The notes beneath the pieces were generated by a model. It saw only the letters and a program-made list of their open reading frames with translations. It ran no database searches and was not told the DNA's origin. From the sequence record NC_048077.1: 64,000 bases of DNA; one strand, written 5' to 3'. This document shows positions 27,785 to 35,999 of the stretch, in pieces. The translations under genes and the position numbers were made by a program. How positions within the stretch are numbered: position 1 is the stretch's first letter; each line of letters starts with the position of its first letter.

Positions 27785-28426
27785 ATGAAAAAAGAAACTC
27801 TGATCAAAGCAACTAACGCTGTCGCTAATGCAACTCCGGAAGCAATCAAGTCTCTGGATTTGAAACCGGTGCGTAAATACAAAGAGCATACGAGCTATTC
27901 GAGTGCTTTTGCAATCGGCGAACATGCGGAGTTGTGTTTTGATATGTCAGAGCAAATTCCTTTCGGTCGTATCGAAGGGATTGAGTTTGGCGTAAACGGA
28001 ATCAATTACACTGTCGCTATGGCAGTTAATACAGGCACGCAGGAAAAGCCTGATTATGAATTCCATAGCGGTCGTCCTCTTGTTGGTGTGGATGAGCGCC
28101 TGTTGGATTCGTTTGTTTCCACGCTGCCGAATGATATCGCAGGCAAATATCCTACGCTGGAAGGTTGTAAATTCCAGATCGGCGATACGGTGCGTTTCAA
28201 ACTCGAAGATCACGTTGCGAAAGTCGGTGCGGCAATCCCTGTTTTGATTTGGGGCGTTAGCTACACCAAAGGAAAAGTAATGTATGACGTGAGCATTGAC
28301 GCAGATGAATATCAAAATACTTCTGCGTACAATGATATCTACGAGCGTTATTTGAAACACTCAATGGATCGCGTCGATTCTGTTTTCATTCAACCAATCG
28401 GCGGGTGGAAACTTGAAACAAATTGA
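27785..28426 (+). CDS. hypothetical protein with two SH3-like repeats (paralog-like to 18419..19129)
   Basis: FAIGEHAEL...GRIEGIEF....NYTVA and FQIGDTVRF...LIWGVSY....MYDVS. Confidence 0.65.
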   Translation: MKKETLIKATNAVANATPEAIKSLDLKPVRKYKEHTSYSSAFAIGEHAELCFDMSEQIPFGRIEGIEFGVNGINYTVAMAVNTGTQEKPDYEFHSGRPLVGVDERLLDSFVSTLPNDIAGKYPTLEGCKFQIGDTVRFKLEDHVAKVGAAIPVLIWGVSYTKGKVMYDVSIDADEYQNTSAYNDIYERYLKHSMDRVDSVFIQPIGGWKLETN

Positions 28427-28545
28427 ATTGCTTCCGCATCAAAAAGAAGCTATGAAACTTATGCGTAGTTCCTCAACGCTGTCTATTGAACTGAACAGAG
28501 GAACTACATGTACGAGCCTTTCTATTCGTAATAAGGAACAGAAAA

Positions 28546-28911
28546 ATGTCAATGCGAAAGATCGTAATTGAAAGCGGCCTCGATTTTGGGGATGCGTGGT
28601 CGAAGTTGCTGACTAACGTTCACAACGATTCGAAAACCTTACTGGTTATTGATCGTGAAGGCTGGAACGGTGCTGATCAGTACGTGCGTATTATTTCTCC
28701 GCAGGCACCACATCCGGACGATTCGCCCGACGCGTTCCCGCAGAATCCGTATTTCACTATGCGCGATAACAACGCTAAGGCTGACGGAACTTTTTCGCCG
28801 TTCGCTGTACTGAAAACCACGCAGAACAAAGTTTTTCCGTGGACTCCTTCGCAGGGCGATCTGTTCGGCAAAGACTGGCGCATTTCTTCGGTGAAAGTAG
28901 ATGCAGAATAA
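28546..28911 (+). CDS. tad2: Tad2 / DUF2829-family immune-signal sponge homolog
   Basis: DFGDA...REGWNG..QY...LKTTQNKVFPWTPSQGDLFGKDW matches the Tad2 pattern FGEA..R.GWNG...KT.DNK..W.PSQ.D.LAEDW. Confidence 0.8.
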   Translation: MSMRKIVIESGLDFGDAWSKLLTNVHNDSKTLLVIDREGWNGADQYVRIISPQAPHPDDSPDAFPQNPYFTMRDNNAKADGTFSPFAVLKTTQNKVFPWTPSQGDLFGKDWRISSVKVDAE

Positions 28912-29260
28912 AAATCCTGTAATGCTCGCCGTTAAGATGCAGTTTATTGAGCAACTCGCTAACGGCTTCGAAAACACTGCAATCTTTCGTCTCGCCTGCA
29001 CAATCAATCAGGATAAGAAATTCAATCCGGATGAGGTGTTTGAGAAGGCGAAGAATCGCATGTTCCCGGAAGGCATAGAAAAAGCGATTGTATCTGGCTA
29101 CGATTATATGGTGCTGAAAGCGTATGTGGACGGCAACGAAATTCTGATCAAGCCGGGTACGATTATTTTTGTTCGTGAGGATTCGCATGTTGGCGTAATC
29201 ACTACGAGCGACGGCGTTCCGGATGTTTCGATCCGCGATGGAGAATTGATTGTCAACTAA
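28901..29260 (+). CDS. hypothetical protein
   Basis: Overlapping start; tiles the operon. Confidence 0.65.
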   Translation: MQNKNPVMLAVKMQFIEQLANGFENTAIFRLACTINQDKKFNPDEVFEKAKNRMFPEGIEKAIVSGYDYMVLKAYVDGNEILIKPGTIIFVREDSHVGVITTSDGVPDVSIRDGELIVN

Positions 29261-29738
29261 GGGGAAGTTCGTGGCAGCGATACGTGGGTTCGTAACGCGA
29301 CTTCTCTGCACGCACGATTGGAAACGTTTTCGAACTATTCACGGAGACGAAGCTAATTATGCGCGTAGCGAATGGCGTTGCACGAAATGTAACAAACATC
29401 GCTACAGTATTTTCATCAACGAAATGGAACAAGATGTTCCCAAAGAGCCGTTGCTAAAACGCATTGCGCATTCGATCCGCTACACCATCGGAAGCATTGC
29501 GTTTCATTGCCTCAACAAAGAAGACCGTGATGCAATTTATCGCGATTATCGAATGGGGCATGAGTTGCGCACGGTTGAAACGTGGATGTGCGAATTTCCG
29601 CAGGCGGTAGAAACAGCACGTTATCTACGTGTCCATAGTTACGGATACAAAGATGATTTGCCTTTCGACCATCCGGATCGCCATGCTGCGCGGGATATCT
29701 CCTGTTGGCGAGAAGACTTTAGGCGTCGATTTAAATAA
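29250..29738 (+). CDS. hypothetical protein with a C-x-H..CxxC Zn motif
   Basis: LLCTHDW....WRCTKCNK. Confidence 0.6.
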   Translation: MSTKGKFVAAIRGFVTRLLCTHDWKRFRTIHGDEANYARSEWRCTKCNKHRYSIFINEMEQDVPKEPLLKRIAHSIRYTIGSIAFHCLNKEDRDAIYRDYRMGHELRTVETWMCEFPQAVETARYLRVHSYGYKDDLPFDHPDRHAARDISCWREDFRRRFK

Positions 29739-29739
29739 A

Positions 29740-29780
29740 CTGTAAATAAAGGCTATCAGCATATTGTTGGTAGCCTTTTT
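29740..29780 (+). promoter_or_regulatory. CTGTAAATA motif + terminator hairpin (cassette 4)
   Basis: CTGTAAATA at 29740-29748; 13-bp stem AAAGGCTATCAGC/GTTGGTAGCCTTT (with G-U pairs) plus T-run. Confidence 0.65.
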
Positions 29781-29798
29781 CATTTTCTGGAGCGTAAC

Positions 29799-30392
29799 AT
29801 GGAACTTAATGAGATTGATCGTTGGCAAGAATGTCTGCATGAGTTTGGCGGCATTCCGGTAGGCACAAGTGTTGATAGTATCCCTATTGATGTTCTGAAT
29901 AATATCCGTCACTATCTGGAGCCGAAAGGTTCTCGCGTTTTTCTTTTGCCTTACTACGGTCTGGAAGTTGCGGTAGATGTGCAAAACAATATTGATTTGA
30001 ACATGGAGACGATCCCAAATCGTTTCATTACCGAAAGCGCACGCGAAAAATTAAGTGCTGATCCGGATCAGCACGGCACGCCAGATATTCACTATATAGG
30101 TGCGAAAGAAGTTATTCAGGAAATGCTTCTGCAAATTCGTGCGCATTACGATGCTGTTCAGATGCACCGCTTTGATGATTTCCTTATTTACTCTGAAACT
30201 GAATTTGGTATGTGGGAATTGTGGTTCCACAAAAGCGGCGATTGCAGCGTAGCACATGCGCCTAAATATATGGACTTCAACGCGTGGGTAGAAGAACGTT
30301 CGCAAACGTATATCGGCGTTAGCTGTCTGAATGTTCCAAACACCCTCTATGAAATCGAAGGGCAGGATCTTCTGCGTAAATTTGTGTGGTAA
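29799..30392 (+). CDS. hypothetical protein
   Basis: GGAG RBS. Confidence 0.7.
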   Translation: MELNEIDRWQECLHEFGGIPVGTSVDSIPIDVLNNIRHYLEPKGSRVFLLPYYGLEVAVDVQNNIDLNMETIPNRFITESAREKLSADPDQHGTPDIHYIGAKEVIQEMLLQIRAHYDAVQMHRFDDFLIYSETEFGMWELWFHKSGDCSVAHAPKYMDFNAWVEERSQTYIGVSCLNVPNTLYEIEGQDLLRKFVW

Positions 30393-30394
30393 TC

Positions 30395-30607
30395 ATGATT
30401 CGTTTTATTATCTTTCTGATCTATTGTGTGCCAGCCTATTTCTTTTCCTTTGGTCTGGGCCAGATTGTAATGGACATTACCTCTAACGTGTTCAAAGCAA
30501 CTGGTGCGCTGGCAATTTGTTTCGCTTTTCTGATGATTGTGTTTTGGGCTATCGCTTGCCATTTACGCCGCAGAAAAGTTTATTATCTGAATACGGTGCG
30601 CGAATGA
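30395..30607 (+). CDS. small two-pass membrane protein
   Basis: Two hydrophobic segments and a basic tail. Confidence 0.6.
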   Translation: MIRFIIFLIYCVPAYFFSFGLGQIVMDITSNVFKATGALAICFAFLMIVFWAIACHLRRRKVYYLNTVRE

Positions 30608-30873
30608 AAAAACTTCTGCTGTTAGTTCTTCTGTTGGCTGGCTGCAACGATCCAAAGGATACTAATTACACCAGTGAAATGTTAGTTGAACATAATTGCG
30701 AGCCTACAGGTTCTTATTTCTACCGTGAAGAAACAACGCAATTCAACGGGCAAATCACAAGTAAGAAAAAAGTTAAGTATTATATCTACACCTGCGAAGG
30801 TGGAAAGAAAATATCTGAGACTTTGATTATCGATCCAAACAAACAGATGCCTGAAATTGGAGAGGCACCATAG
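30604..30873 (+). CDS. lipoprotein
   Basis: MKKLLLLVLLLAG|C lipobox; ATGA overlap. Confidence 0.75.
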   Translation: MKKLLLLVLLLAGCNDPKDTNYTSEMLVEHNCEPTGSYFYREETTQFNGQITSKKKVKYYIYTCEGGKKISETLIIDPNKQMPEIGEAP

Positions 30874-30880
30874 GAATTTT

Positions 30881-31312
30881 ATGAACAATATTCGTGTTGA
30901 CCGTCCGATAGTTCTTGATCTGAATCCTCGCCGTAGAATCACGGTGCGTCATTGCTATCAAGCATTGCAGCAACTCTCTATCATCTATAACGCAGAAGTT
31001 GGTTACGATGATCCGGTTGATATTCACAACGATAGAGGCCACGTATACCACACGGCATTAACTCCTGATGGAGACATGCGTACATGGTGCGCTCTAATGC
31101 GCCAGTGGAGTGTTATCGATCCGGAAACAAAACGGCGCGTATCCGTACTGTATTTCGATATACCTACCGAAGTTACTTTGCAGACGTGCGCCGATCTTTG
31201 GAACAAATACATCAAGCGTGCAACTGAATCCATTCCTTCTGTTCGCATGGAAGAAATGTGCAAAGTGTTCCGCGATGAAATTGAACTGATGGAAAGTTAC
31301 CGGGAGGAATAA
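30881..31312 (+). CDS. hypothetical protein
   Basis: AGGA RBS. Confidence 0.65.
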   Translation: MNNIRVDRPIVLDLNPRRRITVRHCYQALQQLSIIYNAEVGYDDPVDIHNDRGHVYHTALTPDGDMRTWCALMRQWSVIDPETKRRVSVLYFDIPTEVTLQTCADLWNKYIKRATESIPSVRMEEMCKVFRDEIELMESYREE

Positions 31313-31839
31313 TGGAAAAGAATTCTGATAAAAGAATCGTGGTGATGGATATTGAAATGTTTGCGCGACTCATGGAGTACGCCAACATCGGAGAATTCGA
31401 AGCCGGACAGATAACCGGATCAACTCTCGCTGAAATCAAACGCCACGTAAACAAACAAAACACTTTCTTAGGTGAAGCGCGTACCCGCACGGCACTGGAG
31501 GAAGGCAAAGAGCGTAAGAAAATCTCGGAACAGTTGAAGCGTAAGGCGCGTTATATCAGCCTGCGCAAAACTGTAAAGTTCTATTATGCCGAAGGACAGC
31601 GCCTGATTCCCGTTACATTGGGAAACAATAGTCAGTGGAAAAAGAATTTCCACAATTGGGGGCACCCACAAGTTTCCATTAATGTGATTCTCCACTACCC
31701 GGTAGAGGAAATTCATACGCGCATTCGCATAACAGATTTGCTTTGTGATCCTTTCGACAACGAATACATTGCTAATCTGATTAACAACGAAGGGTATGTA
31801 AAGGAAGAACTCGATGCTCAAGAAGATAAAATTTGCTGA
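31312..31839 (+). CDS. hypothetical protein
   Basis: GGAGG RBS; TAATG coupling. Confidence 0.7.
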   Translation: MEKNSDKRIVVMDIEMFARLMEYANIGEFEAGQITGSTLAEIKRHVNKQNTFLGEARTRTALEEGKERKKISEQLKRKARYISLRKTVKFYYAEGQRLIPVTLGNNSQWKKNFHNWGHPQVSINVILHYPVEEIHTRIRITDLLCDPFDNEYIANLINNEGYVKEELDAQEDKIC

Positions 31840-32653
31840 CTCTCTGCGTTACTTTAAAGAAGAACGTGAAGAAGAACGAGCGGCGAAACTTGTTGGTCGT
31901 GAATTCAATTTTGAATCTGGTCGTATCAACGTTCTGATTGGTGAGAACGGCAGCGGCAAAAGTTCTTTGCTTGAATCACTGGCAAAGAAAATCATGGCAT
32001 ATAACTACGGTCATACGCGTCTTGATGATCGCTTGATTCGCTTCAACGATGAATACTGGACTAAAGAAGATCCGGATCGTTGGTACAGCAAAGAGATTTA
32101 TATGCCAGACGTTACCGTTGAAAGTGATGCACCAATCTACGGCATGTATATGTCGCCAGATTGGAAACCGTGCGACTCTCTCAATTGGGCGCACGCTCTC
32201 TGCTACGGTTTAGGCAAAGAGGCAACGGATCATTTTAAACGCACGGAGAATTTTTCTTCCGGTCAGGGTATGAGTAACGTGATTACTCATATCGCAATGG
32301 CGTTAAAAGAACGCAGCCCGGAAGTAAGTTTGGAAGAAGTGAAATATCACATTCGCCCACAAGATGATAACCATCTTGCGAAGCGTGCGAAATTCTTGCA
32401 GAAACTTTTACCTCCGGCGGGTAGCAACATCGTTGCTATGTTTGATGAACCTGAACGCACTTTAGATTTAGGTTCGCAACTTGTTTTCTGGCAACTGATG
32501 AATGACATTTCGAAGCGTGAGCACGTACAGATTATCGTTGCGTCTCATAGCTGCATTCCGTTAATGTCTCCGGATAAATTCAATTTCATTGAAATGACGG
32601 ACGGCTACAAAAACAAACTGCTGAATATTACGGCAGACCTATCTTTCAAATAG
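31814..32653 (+). CDS. stand-alone ABC-type ATPase (AAA_21-like)
   Basis: Walker A GENGSGKS, signature FSSGQ, Walker B/D-loop AMFDEPERTLD, H-loop IIVASHS. Confidence 0.85.
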   Translation: MLKKIKFADSLRYFKEEREEERAAKLVGREFNFESGRINVLIGENGSGKSSLLESLAKKIMAYNYGHTRLDDRLIRFNDEYWTKEDPDRWYSKEIYMPDVTVESDAPIYGMYMSPDWKPCDSLNWAHALCYGLGKEATDHFKRTENFSSGQGMSNVITHIAMALKERSPEVSLEEVKYHIRPQDDNHLAKRAKFLQKLLPPAGSNIVAMFDEPERTLDLGSQLVFWQLMNDISKREHVQIIVASHSCIPLMSPDKFNFIEMTDGYKNKLLNITADLSFK

Positions 32654-32661
32654 GGATTCTT

Positions 32662-32916
32662 ATGAGCAAGGTAGAATACGCTCCGGAAATAAATAACGGT
32701 GTTGCTGAAATCGTTAAGTACCGCGTGCGGCGAATCAATGATTGGGTATCGCATAGAATACCTGTATCCCGCCGCAAAGTTATTCGCGGAAACACTTATC
32801 AGAATATTCGCCGCTGGAGTTTCGAAGACTCTGGAGAAAACATTCCGGTTGAACTTGCAGTAAAACTTAACGCGCTCGATATCAAAGAGCGCTTTAAACA
32901 GGCAGGAATGAAATGA
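32662..32916 (+). CDS. hypothetical protein
   Basis: AGGGA RBS. Confidence 0.6.
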   Translation: MSKVEYAPEINNGVAEIVKYRVRRINDWVSHRIPVSRRKVIRGNTYQNIRRWSFEDSGENIPVELAVKLNALDIKERFKQAGMK

Positions 32917-33314
32917 AAGCGCTGAGTGTTAAACAACCGTGGGCGTGGCTACTGGCAAATGGATTCAAAGATATTGAAAACCGTAGCTGGCACACAAAGA
33001 TACGCGGTAATGTTTTGATCCACGCATCGAAGGGAATGACTCGCAAAGAGTATGCAGAGGCAAAAGAACTCTGCGATAAACTCGGCGTAAGGCTTCCGCA
33101 ATTCGAGGATCTTGATCGCGGCTGTATCGTAGGCATGATGGAAATTTTCGATTCAGTTGATGCCAGCGATTCACCGTGGTATTTCGGGCAAGTAGGTTTC
33201 TGCGTGCGTAAAGCGCGACCATGTAATCCAATTCCGATGAAAGGTAAGTTGAGTTTCTTCGAGACTGGTATTGAAGCGGAGGATCTGAAATGGATACGCA
33301 GGAAAACGAAATAA
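32913..33314 (+). CDS. ASCH-domain protein
   Basis: MKALSVKQPWAWLL..GFKDIENRSW.T..RG.VLIHAS. Confidence 0.9.
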   Translation: MKALSVKQPWAWLLANGFKDIENRSWHTKIRGNVLIHASKGMTRKEYAEAKELCDKLGVRLPQFEDLDRGCIVGMMEIFDSVDASDSPWYFGQVGFCVRKARPCNPIPMKGKLSFFETGIEAEDLKWIRRKTK

Positions 33315-33316
33315 AA

Positions 33317-34048
33317 ATGTCGGAAGGAATGATTACAGGAATCGAATTAAAAGCAAGTCGTTGTCCTCCCGGATTATGGGAAGCGGTTGTGCGCGAACAG
33401 CAACGCCTTTCTCGGTTGCTGGATATGCTCTCGCCGTACCGTACTGTATATCGCACGCTTCCGGGAAGCTGGCATTTTCCTAGTACGGAACAGTCGTTAG
33501 GTCGATTAAATCGCGGCATGTCTCCGTTTGTTCCTCTTCCGGACTATGAACCTTTCTTTGAACTTGAACGATTCGAAGAAACCATTCAACGCAATCTGAT
33601 TCAATCAATGGGAATCAATCCCGATATTCTGAAAGAACATTGCGTGCATCGTTCGAAGATCAAAGTAGGAGACGATAATCGCATGTACTCCATTGCACGC
33701 CGTCCGGGGAAAGCAACTATGATGCACCGTTCTGATCCGCGCACCATTACCGCAAGCCTCCTTTATTCAGGACTCGATCCGGATAAGATTTTGATAATCG
33801 ATCCAAAGTTCGCACCTGTTCCGAATTGGGAAAAGGAACTTGAAGATTTTCCGCGTACATGGGAAGGAACTTTCACGGTAGAAAACAAAGACGATTTGAA
33901 AAACTTTATGGAAGGTTTAGCCCAAAAGCCTATTCCACACTATGCGCCAAAGCCGGAAGTGAATCTTTCGCCGCGTGCAAAACGCAAATCGTTAATTCAG
34001 GCAACACGTAAGAGATTCAAAAAGGCTAGAAAAAATGGACGCAAATAA
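33317..34048 (+). CDS. hypothetical protein with a basic C-terminal tail
   Basis: Starts right after the ASCH stop (alternative start 33290). Confidence 0.65.
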   Translation: MSEGMITGIELKASRCPPGLWEAVVREQQRLSRLLDMLSPYRTVYRTLPGSWHFPSTEQSLGRLNRGMSPFVPLPDYEPFFELERFEETIQRNLIQSMGINPDILKEHCVHRSKIKVGDDNRMYSIARRPGKATMMHRSDPRTITASLLYSGLDPDKILIIDPKFAPVPNWEKELEDFPRTWEGTFTVENKDDLKNFMEGLAQKPIPHYAPKPEVNLSPRAKRKSLIQATRKRFKKARKNGRK

Positions 34049-34565
34049 TCTGATTGCTTTTCTTGTGTTGTGGATTACGTTTGGCGCGATTTTCGCTTTT
34101 ATGGATTTCGTGGAAGCGCTCTATAAAAAGCTGCGTAAGAGAAGTCAATTGAGTTGGGTACAAACGTTTGTGTATCCTGCTCTGATTATTATTCTCTGGC
34201 CTGTAGTGATAGTTACGTTAATTTTACAGGTGTGTTTTCCCAAAACGTTTTCGCGCTTGCGTCGCTGGCTGGATTTTAAAACGCGCTTCTATCCGGTTCC
34301 GCTGTATAAAAGCGCAGAGTTTGATCCTCGACTTTTGAAATCTAAGTTGTGTGAAGTATCAGTTATCGAATGGCAGAAGCCGGGATATCTATACGAAACA
34401 ACTCTGGATCTTTACGTGTATGAAAACGTAAACACCGGATTGCTTCGAATTGCGATTAACTACTCTGAGTCAAGCGGCAAATATAAGTACGTGTCGCACT
34501 GGCAGACGTGGGTAGGAAAACACAATCTCTTTAACTCTCGACTGATTGAGGAACAAAATGCGTAA
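34035..34565 (+). CDS. membrane protein
   Basis: Two N-terminal TM segments. Confidence 0.65.
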   Translation: MDANNLIAFLVLWITFGAIFAFMDFVEALYKKLRKRSQLSWVQTFVYPALIIILWPVVIVTLILQVCFPKTFSRLRRWLDFKTRFYPVPLYKSAEFDPRLLKSKLCEVSVIEWQKPGYLYETTLDLYVYENVNTGLLRIAINYSESSGKYKYVSHWQTWVGKHNLFNSRLIEEQNA

Positions 34566-34875
34566 ACTCTCGCTGGAAGAACTGCTCGACATTCGCAAAA
34601 AACTGATCAAACTCGTTGATGATCGCCGCACAAAATTGTACGAGAAAGGGAAAGAAGATCCTAACCAAATGAATTGGTCGATCCGCAAAGTCCCTACGGC
34701 TATCAGCGATGCCTACGAAGATATTGGATTCCTGCGCGATCATATTTCGCGTCTGGATTACTTTATTGATATGCGCGAAGCCGACGAAGCAAAAGAACTT
34801 TCGGAAGAACGTTCGAAAGAGTTGCTGGACTCGCTGCCTGCGGAACTTCGCGAGGAAGCCGATGATACCGAGTAA
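34558..34875 (+). CDS. hypothetical helical protein
   Basis: GAGGA RBS; ATG 34558. Confidence 0.65.
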   Translation: MRKLSLEELLDIRKKLIKLVDDRRTKLYEKGKEDPNQMNWSIRKVPTAISDAYEDIGFLRDHISRLDYFIDMREADEAKELSEERSKELLDSLPAELREEADDTE

Positions 34876-35185
34876 AGGAATTGATCGTGCGCCGTTGCCT
34901 GCAAAAATCGAAGAACTGATTTATGGTGACGTGGATAATGCGCTTCGCCGTTTATCTAGTTTACTTGTGCGCGTTGCTGATAAAGAAAAGCTATCCAGCA
35001 TGACAGGATTTATCTATTCTCGCGATACGCTGAAAGGTACGCCTGCACATTTGATCACGTCTAATTTCTCTGGCGATAATCGTCAAGTTTTGTTAGACAA
35101 AGATGCAGGCATGTCGAAACTTCATTTCACGATTACTGCGAACGTTGACGGAACTATTTCATCGCATGTTGATCACTGGATTTAG
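34862..35185 (+). CDS. hypothetical protein
   Basis: GAGGA RBS; ATG 34862. Confidence 0.6.
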   Translation: MIPSKGIDRAPLPAKIEELIYGDVDNALRRLSSLLVRVADKEKLSSMTGFIYSRDTLKGTPAHLITSNFSGDNRQVLLDKDAGMSKLHFTITANVDGTISSHVDHWI

Positions 35186-35549
35186 ACGAACCGAAGTTGT
35201 GAGCATGAGGAACGGCAATAACAACTTCGACATTCGAATAGATCGCCAAAGTAAGTGGGGGAATCGTCACTACATGAATGATGATTCCCCTGCTGAAAGG
35301 GATCGAGTTTGCGACGAACACGAAAAGGAATTGTGGGAAAAGATTTATGCAGGTGATATTTCTCTGAGCGAGTTAGAAGAACTCTATGGGAAAAGATTAG
35401 GCTGTTGGTGTAAACCTAAACGCTGTCACGGTGATGCGTTAGCTGATGCTGCTGAATGGGCGCACCGATTAATGGTTATTCTGAGGCGACTTAGAAGAAG
35501 GAAAAAGAATGCCAAACGCAAGCGTATTAAAAAACAGAAAGTGTTGTAA
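35166..35549 (+). CDS. DUF4326-family protein
   Basis: VV......DIRIDR.SKWGN...L.EL.GKRLGCWCKPKRCHGDAL. Confidence 0.8.
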   Translation: MLITGFRRTEVVSMRNGNNNFDIRIDRQSKWGNRHYMNDDSPAERDRVCDEHEKELWEKIYAGDISLSELEELYGKRLGCWCKPKRCHGDALADAAEWAHRLMVILRRLRRRKKNAKRKRIKKQKVL

Positions 35550-35724
35550 GTGTGGGTGGCCTGTTGTATTTCTTCTCTGCAACAAAAAGCTTATGACTAC
35601 ACCACCTTACAGCAATTTCGATTATTGGGAATACTGCGCCAACAAAACGTGTGAACATCACGAAGGGCAAGGTATCTATAGCGCTACAGGCAACGCTGAT
35701 TTTGTTGAGGTAGAAAATGACTAA
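35509..35724 (+). CDS. small Cys/His-rich putative Zn-binding protein
   Basis: CCKCG...CN...YCANKTCEHH. Confidence 0.6.
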   Translation: MPNASVLKNRKCCKCGWPVVFLLCNKKLMTTPPYSNFDYWEYCANKTCEHHEGQGIYSATGNADFVEVEND

Positions 35725-35962
35725 GAAAGTACAACGCGAAATTAAAAGTATTACAGTACGTCCGGATAAAGAAATCACGGACGCATTCAACGAACTTTGC
35801 CGCGAAGTTGGTATTCCTCCTGCAACGTATATTCGCCGCTTCATGGAAAATTGTACGCGTGAAAATCGTCTTCCTATTGAGCACCTGCCTCAAGATATCG
35901 TTGACCGTATGCGCCGCGCCGTAACTGAGCATGACCGACTGAAATTTATCTTGGGAGAGTAA
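35717..35962 (+). CDS. RelB/DinJ-like ribbon-helix-helix protein
   Basis: ITVRPDKEITDAFNELCREVGIPPATYIRRFMENCTRENRLPI parallels RelB/DinJ v.aRiD..lK..A..vl...G.t.S..vR.fl....re..lPf. Confidence 0.6.
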   Translation: MTKKVQREIKSITVRPDKEITDAFNELCREVGIPPATYIRRFMENCTRENRLPIEHLPQDIVDRMRRAVTEHDRLKFILGE

Positions 35963-35976
35963 CTGTAAACAATAAG
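35963..35976 (+). promoter_or_regulatory. variant motif CTGTAAAC-AATA (cassette 5, no clear hairpin)
   Basis: Immediately after the stop at 35960-35962, in the same position as cassettes 1-4. Confidence 0.4.
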
Positions 35977-35999
35977 TATCTCATAAAAGGGAGCAAAGA

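Noticed and set aside
28461-28530. Imperfect 14-bp inverted repeat plus a small stem upstream of the Tad2-like gene (possible structured leader or ncRNA)
   Set aside because: No known RNA-family features and no second copy; would need covariation evidence from relatives.
33700-33730. ARRPGKAT as a Walker A in 33317..34048
   Set aside because: Lacks GK[ST] and any Walker B or surrounding P-loop fold pattern.
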